A DNA stretch of 64,000 nt. It comes from Macrostomum lignano (lineage: Eukaryota). Shown one piece after another: positions 21,136 to 32,854 of this stretch. The notes below the pieces were generated by a model. It worked only from the letters and a program-made list of their open reading frames with translations. It did not search any database and was not told where the DNA came from. Made by a program: the position numbers and the translations under genes. Numbering within the stretch: the stretch's first letter is position 1; each line of letters opens with the position of its first letter. The stretch lies in the NCBI GenBank assembly GCA_002269645.1, contig NIVC01000014.1, positions 186,001 through 250,000 of the forward strand, in the 5' to 3' direction.

Positions 21136-21929
21136 TTATTTGAGTGAACTTTTCAATAGAGTACTGGACATGATCGCTATTTTTAATAACTATGAATGAT
21201 CTTCAGTACCTGATTTTTACAATATTAACGCAGTGCCAGAATTGAATAACTTTTCCATAATATTTTCTTACGCTTTTTCTTCCATATCTGACTTTTTTAT
21301 TCCACATACTGTACATATTTTATGAAGGCATCACTTCGATAGAGGTTTATACTGTAATGTATAGCAATTGATAATTATCAATACTCATTCGAAACATTCG
21401 AGACAGCCAAATTTTCTTTAATTCGTTTCATTGAAGTCATTACATCTTCATGTGCGAAATTTTAATGATTGACTCTTTACATGTACCTTGTGTTCCGATC
21501 TACCTTTTTACACTTATATATATGGTCACCAGGAGATAGTCTAAAAAAGCCAATTAAAACCAATTAGGCAATTAAAGCTGTAAAAAAATAGAGCAACTAC
21601 ACTTGTTACAGTAGTTTGTCTACGCAGTGTCACTTGAATTTAATTCTGCAACTAACGGTTCGCTTCCTTCATTTGGGCTTGCTGTCTCAAATGAGCATAT
21701 TGGGGTTAACCTTTGAAATAGCCACGCTGATCAGAGTAAAAATCCGAATGATCAGGCTGTTAAAAAACACGTCTCGTTTTGAGTCTAGACTCCTTGTTGT
21801 TTTACACTCAGCAACATGTTGTTAAAATTTCCAACGCGAAACCAGAAGTCAAAAAGTGCTCAGCGCTATATAATCTAATATAATTTTATCTAATCTAATC
21901 TAATTCGCAGTCTACTTGCGAAAGGCTGA

Positions 21930-22845
21930 GGCTTGCTATCTGGGGGATGCTTGCTATCTGGGGGATGCTTGCTATCTGGGGGATGCTTGCTATCTGGGGG
22001 ATGCTTGCTATCTGGGGGATGCTTGCTATCTGGATGATGCTTGCTATCTGGGGGATGCTTGCTATCTGGGGGATGCTTGCTATCTGGGGGATGCTTGCTA
22101 TCTGGGGGGATGCTTGCTATCTGGGGGATGCTTGCTATCTGGGGGATGCTTGCTATCTGGGGGGATGCTTGCTATCTGGGGGGATGCTTGCTATCTGGGG
22201 GGATGCTTGCTATCTGGGGGGATGCTTGCTATCTGGGGGATGCTTGCTATCTGGGGGGATGCTTGCTATCTGGGGGATGCTTGCTATCTGGGGGGATGCT
22301 TGCTATCTGGGGGATGCTTGCTATCTGGATGATGCTTGCTATCTGGGGGATGCTTGCTATCTGGGGGGATGCTTGCTATCTGGGGGGATGCTTGCTATCT
22401 GGGGGGATGCTTGCTATCTGGGGGGATGCTTGCTATCTGGGGGGATGCTTGCTATCTGCAGGATGCTTGCTATCTGCAGGATGCTTGCTATCTGCAGGAT
22501 GCTTGCTATCTGGATGATTCTTGCTATCTGGATGATGCTTGCTGTCTGCAGGATGCTTGTTATCTGGATGGATGCTTGCTATCTGCAGGATGCTTGCTAT
22601 CTGCAGGATGCTTGCTATCTGCAGGATGCTTGCTATCTGCAGGATGCTTGCTATCTGCAGGATGCTTGTTATCTGGATGGATGCTTGCTATCTGCAGGAT
22701 GCTTGCTATCTGCAGGATGCTTGCTATCTGCAGGATGCTTGCTATCTGCAGGATGCTTGCTATCTGCAGGATGCTTGTTATCTGGATGGATGCTTGCTAT
22801 CTGCAGGATGCTTGCTATCTGCAGGATGCTTGCTATCTTGGGGAT
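21930..22845. repeat. 18-19 bp minisatellite (GGATGCTTGCTATCTG-GGG/CA)
   Basis: Unit variant switches from GGG to GCA part-way along the array. Confidence 0.97.
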
Positions 22846-23818
22846 GTTTTCTATTTAGGGGGAATGTCTGTTATCTTTGTGAAAACTTATTGTCTTTTTG
22901 TTAATTTTAGAAAAAGAGAAAGAGATTCATTGTAAACATCTTTGTCTGTGACAATTGTACTCGAATAAGGGTGATTTATAAAACTGAAGAAGAAATTGGT
23001 TCTTAAGAAAAGGTGCTTTTTTAATTGTTTTCTATGAATACTTTTTGCTCCTTGCTTATTGCGCGCCCCGAAGGGGGGCACTAGATTGCTATTCACCAAT
23101 ACTATATTTGCCGTGTCGTTTGTCTGTCTGACCGTAGGACTTTTGATATAATGTAGCTGACAAAAATGAAGTCATTTTAGGTAGGTGGTTGCGACATAAT
23201 TTCTGTAGTGTAATTAATTATTTGCGGAGAAGGCTCAATTCAGATTCGTCGTCAGTACATGTATCGATGCATTGGTTATAACTTAGGGTGTTAAGTGCAC
23301 GAGCATGCAGAGTCAAGACGAGATTCCAATTTAGCCCCAAATTGTCCAGTTAAGCTTTTGCTGCTTGCAGCCAATATTGAGTTAATAGCAATATTCGCCT
23401 TTATTCTATGGTCCAGATTGTCAGAACTCAACTAATGCAAACGAATTGCGTTGGCATTTTTATGTATCTATATGATTGATTCTGGATTATTCGAAAACTC
23501 AATTAGCACAAAAGCGGCGTCATATTTATGGCAGTTATTGACACAAACGACAATGCTATTTATTTTTTTCTAAAGTACACTTTACCTAGAATCTCTGCAG
23601 TGACACCACCATACGAGCTACACTTCAAAGCTGTGAACGGTAGAAAGCTGAAGCAAAATTAAATTCTAGGCTTTGAGTAAAATAATTGAAAAAATATTAA
23701 AGCCTTTTTTTGCGCTCGATATAAAAAGTAAGTTAAATTGTAGTTCAACGTTCGAATGAACGCCCATGCAACTAAATCCACAAGGTGTAAGCGTTCTGTA
23801 ATCTCCGATTGTCAGACA

Positions 23819-24869
23819 CTAAATTCGATCTGCAACCAGTAAGCCAGCAACAGCAGCTAGGCTGTATGCAACTTGGCACCAACTCTGCTTTTGTGGTAGA
23901 CCTCCTATGGCTGAGTTTGAACTCGTAACGTTGACTGAGACGAGTCTGCGCACTTTTCTTAGGCTTTCACCGATGTCTATGCCTCCTATTCCGCTTCCGC
24001 TTCTGCTTCCGCTTCCGTTTCTGCCATCGCTTCCGCTTCCCCCGCTGAGTATCGGCTCGAAGATCATGCATGACGACAGCTTATTATAGTTTTTAGCGAG
24101 GAACTGCTTTCTATAGAATTCGCAAGTCTCCTCGCAGCCACTCCATACACGTTGCTGGCCCTGCAAATGTATAGTAAAACAAAGAAATAAATTAATAGCA
24201 AGGTTATAATGCATGCAAAACCAGAGTCTTTTCTACGAGCGTACAGTAAAAGGTAAGTGGAATGTTTCCAGTTTCGCTCACAGCGGAAGATTTGCTTTGA
24301 AATTCCAAGCGTGCGCACTTCCGGTTTCTTTCATTGCAGTGCACCACCATTGAATCATCGAGTGCATTGATTACATTAGTTTTATTTTCATTGTAATACG
24401 GGCACTGTGGCAAATTCGACAGCAGAGTTGGAAGCTGAAGATCAGGGATGCAGCTTTCTGATCCGGGCGTTCCCTGAGCCGTGCATTCCTTGCACTTGTT
24501 ATGTCTGATAGTCCAGTTTTTTAATACTGGCGAATTGCAGTTGCCGCAGAAGTAAATTGCAGCCTAAAAACATAGTATAATGCATGTAGAGTAACTGTGA
24601 GCAATCAGAACATTTCAGTTACAATATTCCTCAAAACTCACAAATGTTTTTGTCGTAGAGTAAGCAGCAGAGCATGTCTTCGTTGAAGTGGAAGTCGAGC
24701 ACTTTTTCGGTGCCATTTTACCAGCGATGACGTTGTTAAGCTCACTTAACTTGAATAGATCGTTGGACTGGAGGCAGCTCAGCGCGTTGGTGAAGAGAAA
24801 TTCTCTGCTAGCAAGTAGCAGCCATGCGAGCAGAAAGCAAAGCCGATTGGCATTAACTGATTGCATCAT
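23819..24869 (-). CDS. Secreted/GPI-type Cys-rich protein, Ly6/uPAR-like; exons 24869-24642, 24563-24282, 24160-23819 (283 aa)
   Basis: Signal-peptide-like N-terminus followed by LSC, two Cys-rich segments, a Gly/Ser linker and a short hydrophobic C-terminus. Both introns are GT-AG, phase 0, and the joined frame is open. Confidence 0.65.
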
Positions 24870-27504
24870 ATCGGCTTTCTCAAATATTAGCACACTGGCT
24901 AAACTTACTGCCGGCAGCTGTCAAAGTAATGCAGTTTAGCTATTCCCTCTTTACGCTCGTAGAACCTGCATCTCAAGTCTTATATAGACAAGTTTAGGCC
25001 ACAGATGTATATATGTTATTCCTTCAGTCGTTTTTTGACGCAACCCTTACAGCCATAGATGAAACCAGTGGGGATGCGCGCTTGAATTTATCACTCAGTT
25101 TGAGTGATTTAAATCATGCGACGTTCTTGAGACTTCAGCCAAATAAAATGAGTATAGTTGACGACTTTTTTTGACTTAACTAGCTTTTGCCGTACATGAT
25201 GGATTTTAATGTTAACCTGTTCCTGCAGTGGTTGAAGGCGACAAACAGCGCCGGATGTAGAGTTTTCGAGTTGGCATCATGCGATGATAGACAATTCTGA
25301 GTTGAATTTGCAACTTGGATAAAGCGCGACACCAGAAATTAAAATACGAATAAGAATTGACTGAATGAATCTCCACCAGCTTTGTTTTTGTGCTAATTGG
25401 TTCTCATCTCTGGCGGTAATAGTTGCCGAATAGCTGGTGGAGATTCTGTCGCTCACTTAGGATCCACTAGAGCTAGGTCTCTGCTGTCACTACTACTGTT
25501 GGAACGGCTACTGCCACCTCTACTAATGCATATAGGCAACTGCAGTGGCGTTCAATTCCAAAATGACAAAATTATCTGCTGTTGTTGCTTCACCTTAATT
25601 TTACGTTTTCTGCATGTTTTTTCGTTTAAACAAAACTGCTTTTGTTCTCGGGCCGATAAATATTTTTAATAAGCTTTGCCTCGGCCAAGATACATGTGCA
25701 TACATATATTTGCATCCTCAGGCTGCTTACGGCCAAAATAAATAAAACCAGTGGGAATTAGCATAGGTATTTCAAGTCAATTGCCTTAATCAAGTCAATC
25801 ATTAAGGGCAGGTGTGACTGGACTGCAATTTTACTTATCGCTTTGATCTTAAAGCTGTTCCGAAATGCTAATGCATAATTTCTCTCGCCCAGTGTGAATT
25901 CAATTAGCAACAACGTACGTGTAGCAGTCTGTACAGTCACATGTAGTACAGTACACAAGTATATACTGTATAATGTATATGGAACTTTTCACTCTAGGGT
26001 TACGACCAGCTCTGCTTCTTTTGTGTTCGCAAGTTTCCTGTAAACATTTGCATTTGGTCTTGAAAATCATGTATTTTACAAAACACAAAACGCCTAAAGT
26101 GTACACATGAACAGGCGATATATAAAAGACAAGGACCACTGCATGTATATATCTATATACAGTGGTCCTTGATAAAAGCATCCTTTCGTAATTTCATGTT
26201 AATTTGGAAGACCAGCACCGCAGCTTCAATTCACCAAGTTTCGACTCGAGGCATCACGAAGAGGATTTTAAGGCTGCTGACGGATAAGTTGCAAAATTTC
26301 CTGTCAAAATATTCTAGCAGAAAATTTTTTATGATGAAAAAACAAACTCAGCGAAATTCCGCTATCGATGTGTTAAATTATTTCAGACAGGACACGCGCG
26401 TTTCTTCCACGCGATAAATTTAAATGTCAGCTAAAAACAATAAAACAAAAAGTACGGCTTAGAAATGTTTCTTTTGCAATTAATCAATAGTACATTATTG
26501 AAAAAGGCATACATAGAATAAAAACAAAGAAGTTTTCATTTTTATCATGATTTTCCCATTGTTTTTCGTCACAAAGAATATAGCGATATCGTTATCGTTA
26601 CCTCGTCGATCGTTATTAGCGAGATCGACTTTTTTTCACACTGTTTTCTTGTGGTTTTATGGGCAGTTGTTTATTTAATGAACTTGACAAAAAAGTTTAT
26701 TTCCAAAGAATTTACTGGGGTTGATAGATTGACAAGATAAGATAAATTGTTCTTAGTCATTATGTCATTTGCCATTTTATTATTTCAAAAGGGCAATCCT
26801 CCTCAGAAATCCTGTAGTTATGCATGTTAAATTATTTTTGTTGTCATTGTTGAAAATAATAACTTTAAGTAAACTCAAGCTTAGTAAGTGACAGAATAGA
26901 TAATAAGGAACAAATTCCCTATTTGCTATTTATTACCTTATCTTGACTTTGATTTAGGTCATTGTCATCTTCATTAATTTAGCCCCCCCCCCCCCCTAGT
27001 GTTTTCTGTCTAGGGCCTATCTTAGTATAGGCCTAATATAGCAATATTAACAATATACATGTCATTTGTAGCTAAAGCCATGTTAAAAATAAGGTGCAAA
27101 ATTGCACCCTGTGGGCTATGCCCAATTTCAAGGTGAGATTTTAAAGCTTAGACAGATCAAGTGCAATTTCTTTTTTATTTTAAATTTAAGCCTGCCCTTA
27201 AGCTATAAATGGAAGAATAGAAAACTGGTTGTGGTTGTTATAGCAGTCCTAAGCATAGGCCTAGCTATCCAGGTATTTTTTGCCTTGTAATAGGCCTACT
27301 TGCAATCATATATCTATAGAGCCTGCTTAGTCAACTACTTTATTATTGACTAAGTATCTTATGTTGCCTTGCCTCATACAAATTTTGTTGAGTGAATTGA
27401 GCATATATTAGGCCTAGCTTTAGCAGGTCTGCAGTTTAAAGCTATTTTGAAGGTGGAAGTATCTACATAGGTGTAGGCCTAGCAAGAGTACCAAGTTGAC
27501 AAAC

Positions 27505-28330
27505 TATCTCTACATATAAAAATCAAAACTCTGTCTGTCTGTCTGTCTGTGTGTGGACAATTTTGATTGCTATGGACTCCCAAACCGCTCAACCAAATTA
27601 CACCAAACTTTACACCCACCCTAAACTTACTACGGAAAATGTCTTAGGCTACCTTTTAATTTCCTAAATTTGAGTCTTCCTACCTAAAAGTGCAAAAAAC
27701 TGCTCAAAATGCGCAATTTTTTCACTAAATCCTCCATAGCGCCGCTCCACTTCTACCGATTCTCTTCAAATTTGACACAGACAATTTTCAACTATTTTGG
27801 CACAATCATGTAAAATTTCGAGTCTGAAAGTTAATCCTGAACGGCGCTGTGCACTTTTAAAGTTAGGCTGTTTTTTTCAGCGAGGCAGCCACCCCAACCT
27901 CCGCCCGCCTGCCTCTCTTTCCCGATCTGGGCAAAGGGTGTGAGTAGGTTTTAAAATGCCTAACTTTCGGCTGCCATAGTTTTGCTCCACTTAAAGCGAT
28001 TGACTTCAAATTTGACACAATTCTTTATTGACTCATTCTCTGCCTACATGTAAAGTCTCAACTCTGTATCTCAATCAGGACAGAAACTATAAGCATGTGA
28101 ATTTTGTCTGCTTTTTCTGTTGTTTGTGCCTCTCACTCACTCATTCTCCCAGCCCAGACGAAGGGTCAGGCGATAGGGCTCAATGTACTTAGCGAATGTA
28201 AAGTGTTTTGGAATAACTTTTTAATAGCCTTCTCGGCACCCCGCGCGCGGAGAGGCGTGGAGAGGAGAGACAGTTTCAGCGAGAGATTCAAACCACTGTC
28301 CTCTGAATAGACAAGTCTGCAGCCGTTTAA
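27505..28330. mobile_element. Possible Helitron-associated non-autonomous element; boundaries uncertain
   Basis: Begins TATCTCTACATATAAAAATCAAAACT followed by (GTCT)n, a layout typical of such elements. The 3' end was not confirmed. Confidence 0.3.
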
Positions 28331-28699
28331 CAGTGGATGGCAAATCAAGGCGATGTGGGATGGTTTGTAAAAATAGGGAAAAATTAATGAATAACTGATT
28401 AGTACAATAGTACAACTGATTAGTACAATAGTACAACTATGAAAATTTTAACATCAAGATTCGCATAATGTAACTTTAAAATTTAAATGGCTTCTAAGAA
28501 ATATGTATTTCCTTGGTTGCTAGACTGCTGCAGACTGTGGTGGTGGAGCTGGGCTGGAGGGAGATACACAAATTCCTCTCAGGGCTGCTAATTGGCCAGA
28601 AATATGATGTGATTAAAGCATAACAACTATGAGAGTACTACGTTCCACAAACGCTTTCGAAGCGGGGATTGACAGACTTTAACCTCAAATGCCAGATAA

Positions 28700-29960
28700 A
28701 GAATCAAGCTCATGGCTGATGAGATGAGAGTGAAAAGGAGAAGGAATAGACTATAAGAAGAGAGGAGAAGCGAGAGGAGGATAAGAGAAAAGATAGAAGA
28801 CAAGAAGAGAGATGATGGGGTAAGGATAAGGAGTGAGCAGATAATATTGGAGTAAGAAGCGAGAGGAGGGGAGAGAGAAGAGAGAGGAAAGAGTAGAAGT
28901 GAGAAGAGGGAGAGAGAAGATGGGAGAGATGAGACAGGATCGATGACAGAGGAGAGCAGAGAAGAGTGAGAAGAGAGTAGAGATGAGAGATGAAGGAGGA
29001 GAGAGCAGAGTGCAGAAAGGCGAGAGAAGAGAATAGAGGGGAAAGAGTATAGAAGAGAGAAGAGAAGAGGAGTAAGGAAAGAGAGTAATCAGAGGAGGGT
29101 AAAGAGAAGAGTACACTGAAGATTGGAGAGTATAGATGGCAGAAAAGAGAGGGGATGAGAGTGAACACGATATCTGAGAGGAGAGAGGAGAGAGGAGTCA
29201 GATGAGGGGAAAGAGAAGAGTACAGAGGAGAGAGGTGAGAACATACGAGTATACGAGAGTAAAGATGACAGATGAGAGAGGGAAGATAAGACTAAGAGAG
29301 CAAAGACGAGAGTGAACACACGAGAGATGGGAGAGTAGAGAGAAAAGAGGATAGATAAGAAATAAGAGATGAGAGATGAAAGGTGAGACAAAGGGAGAGA
29401 GAGAGAGAGAAGTGAGTGAGGAAAGAGGGGAGGGGAGAGAATCAAGAGGACAGGGGAAAGAGGGGAAAGGATGAGAGAGAGGTGAGGAGAGAGAGGGAGA
29501 GATAGAGGTAGAGAGCATGAGAGACGATAGAAGAGAGGAGAGAGAGACGAGAGAGTACAGAGTACAGAGGAGGGAGGAGAGGAGAAAAGAGAGAGGAGAA
29601 GTGTTCGGAGAGGGTAGAGTAAGGAGTGAGAAAAGGGGAGAGGGAAGAGAGAATAGAGAGTAGAGAGCAGAGAGAAGATAGTGCAGATCGATCAGAGGGA
29701 AGATAGAGTAGAGAGCAGAGAGAAGAGAGAGTAGAGAGCAGAGAGAAAATAGAGTAGAGAGGAGAGAGAAATGGGAAGAGATAAAACAGGAGAAAGGGAG
29801 AGATAAGAGAGCAGAGACGAGAGAGGAGAGGAGAGGAGAGAAAATAATAAGAGGGAATAGACGAGAGAAGAGGGGATAGAGGAGAGAGAGAAGAGACCAT
29901 AGACCAGAGAAGAGAGAAAACAGAAGAGAAGGTAGAGATAGAAGTTTCTAAGGATCCAAC
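28700..29960. repeat. Purine-rich (AG) low-complexity tract
   Basis: About 1.25 kb, mostly A/G on the plus strand; source of the Leu/Ser pseudo-ORFs. Confidence 0.9.
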
Positions 29961-30684
29961 TTCAAAGGGACACAAGGAGAGGCAGAGGCCATGAGTTTGC
30001 CTGACATTCTGTGTAGCACCCCAACCAACAATATTAATGTTTGCTTCAAATACTAATTGTACATGAATGTACTCTATTTTATGTTTAACTCTATCCTAAA
30101 TTCCTAACTATTAAAAAGTTTTTGTTTAAGTATGGGCTCAGATTTCAGAATACATGCAAAAATAGTTCCGGGGTTGGAATTCCCCGGGTTCAAATTCCGC
30201 GGGTTTCAAAAGCTTGTTCTAATATAGATCTAGAAAGTGATTAAGTTTTCAAATTATTCTAAATATTGGCAATCATCATTTATACAAATGCTAACTTTAA
30301 ATAATTATATAAAACAAACTATTAAGCTCTATCAATAAGATTTATTAGAACTAGGGCCCCAGAAGATTAGCAAAACAACCAAATTGATTGACTTTCTAAT
30401 TGCTCCCAAACAATGACAAACTTTAGTTTTCTTTTGACAATGAGACACTCATGGAATCTGTTAAGTGACTGTCTCATACTTAAATTTCCTATTGCTTACC
30501 ATCTATTTAATTGTGCATGCTACCACTACAGATCTAAAAATAGATCATATAAATAGAACATTATTACCTTAGGAAAATAGTTGAATGTGTTGCCTATTAA
30601 TTTATTATTATAACAACCAATAATAGTAATATAGTATTATGTCTTCTGCTCCAACATGGAGCTGCTACATTTAAGTAAGAAGAC

Positions 30685-31549
30685 CAGTGTTGGGCACCAT
30701 TAATGAAAATCTTAACTTCCGTTAATAGCAAAAGCGTTAGCATTAAAACAAAAAAATCTTAACTTTTTAACTCCTAATTTTGTTAAGTTAATCATTGATA
30801 AGTGTTAATCTGTTAAAGTTAACATAGAAAATACAGAAATCTTGCACGTTTTTTTCCAAAACAGACTTCGGATTGCACATCTTTGCTATTCCATCTTTTT
30901 AGTGAAATACAGAGGTCATCTAAGCAATTTAAAAGCTAAAAAAGTAATAAATAATCATTTTAAAAACTTGCATGCATAATACTACTAAAAGTAAAGCATA
31001 TGGTAAAAAAAGTAACTTATTTTATTTGAAACTTAAAAGCTAATAGCGAGAAATTCATAATTAAATACACATAAGAAGATTGTTTTAGTACTATTAGTAG
31101 GCGCAGCAGAAAGTTGCGAAAGATTAGGACAGAAGTGAATCAAAGCAATCGATGCTCACGCACAAGAAATAAATTTTCACACTATTTTAATTCATTATTT
31201 TAAAGTTTATTTGTCAGAAGTTGTTAATTACATATATGTCTGTATGATCATCGTCATAAATAAAGAGATTTTATTCAGGCATATAGGTAAGCTCAAATAT
31301 GTTCGTAATGTTTAAACTTCTTGTAAGACTTCTATTTTTCGTTCCTTCTTTGCGTATTTGGTCATTGACATAGACACTACCATTAAAAATGAATTTATTG
31401 TTAATTCACAAAATTTTTAATGCAAATTTGTTAATCTGTTAGTTCAAAAAAATCTTAACGATAGTCCATTAATGTTAATGAAAAATCTTAACACTTATTA
31501 ATGCTTATTAACGGATTAACGCTTATTAATGGACTGGTGCCCAACACTA
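30685..31549. mobile_element. hAT-type MITE inserted in the 3' LTR
   Basis: Ends CAGTGTTGGGCACCA and TGGTGCCCAACACTA; 8-bp TSD AAGAAGAC at 30677 and 31550; absent from the other LTR. Confidence 0.95.
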
Positions 31550-32558
31550 AAGAAGACAATGGTTCACTTAAGGGTTTGAGCTATCATATTGCTCCCATAG
31601 TTGCAAATTCCTCTTGGGATTCATGTTGTAACTAGCTCGTACTTTATTATAAAATAATAGGTTATGCCCTAGACAAAAAACATTGGGCTAGGGGCATACT
31701 CTGTGTCTTCTCTGTTAATATACAACATTCCCCCTTTTGTCAATAAAAAGTTGCATTGTCAGTTATCCAGAATTATTCACTGTAATGCAACCAATCTGGT
31801 TTTCTCAATTTGCTTCAATCCCTCAGTATCCTTGTGCCCACGCCTTCTGCTCCAGGGTCAGCGTCATCCTGGTCTGTGTCCGCTGCCTGAGATTCTCTTC
31901 GGCTTGGCACGTCTTTGACTGGTTGAGTTGATTCACTCTCTTGTCGCTCTTTCTCAGTGGTAGTTTTGTCTCTCTGAACTCTCCTAGGATCCTTCAGAAT
32001 AGGCAATAGGTGATGAGCCTCCGGCTTGTTCTGTCCAGGTAATTCTGCACTGACAATTTGGTCGATGTGTTGCTTCCAGACTTGTCTATTGACCAACAGT
32101 CTATAGGACAGCGGTCCTGTGGGGGCAATCACCTTGGCAGAAATCCACCTGTTTTCTCTCTCTTTTCTGAAGTCCAATGTCACAACTGAGTCTCCTTCTT
32201 GACATTCTCGAATAATTGATCCTCTCTCTATTTGTCGTTCAGTGACATCTGTCTGCTTGTTTAACACTCTTGAGTATGCATCCAGCTTGAGAAAATCCAA
32301 CTGTGTCCTGCAACTATAGCATAACATCATCTCTGCTAGTGTTCTACTAGTTGTTGAATGAGGTATGCTGCGATAGCAAAGCAGAAAGTTCTGCATGCTC
32401 AAGATTGGATCACCGTGAGTCTTAATTCCTGTTTTGATAGCAGACTTTGCTGTTTGCACCATTCTTTCACTAAGTCCATTGGTACGCGGATGTCCAACAG
32501 CTGTCAAAATCTGTTGGATGTTATTCTGCTCTAGGAAAGTATGGAACTCAGCTGAGCA

Positions 32559-32854
32559 CATACATGCGCAACGTCCAAAATTCGGTCGGCCGTGCGACTT
32601 AGTTTTAACAAAAATGCGACGTAGTTTTTGGCCAAAAATGCGACTTACATGTAAAAAAAAGGAAAGCAAAATTAACGCAACTTTGGGTAAACGGCGGGAG
32701 TAACTATGACTGTCTTATCAGGCAAAAATGCCTCGTCAGCTACTTAGTACTACTGCGTGGGTATTTTTTGGGTGGGCATTTTTGCGACTTCCTTGGTTGG
32801 CTGCCAAATCAGTCGGCCGGATCGGCCGACTCGGCCGACTGTTGCGCATGTATG
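32559..32854. mobile_element. 296-bp hAT-type MITE inserted in the Gypsy integrase core
   Basis: Perfect 14-bp TIR CATACATGCGCAAC; 8-bp TSD GCTGAGCA at 32551 and 32855; splits SDNGSQFC/SAEF. Confidence 0.95.

Noticed and set aside
28710-29975. Leu/Ser-rich membrane-protein-like ORFs
   Set aside because: They are translations of the pyrimidine strand of a low-complexity tract.
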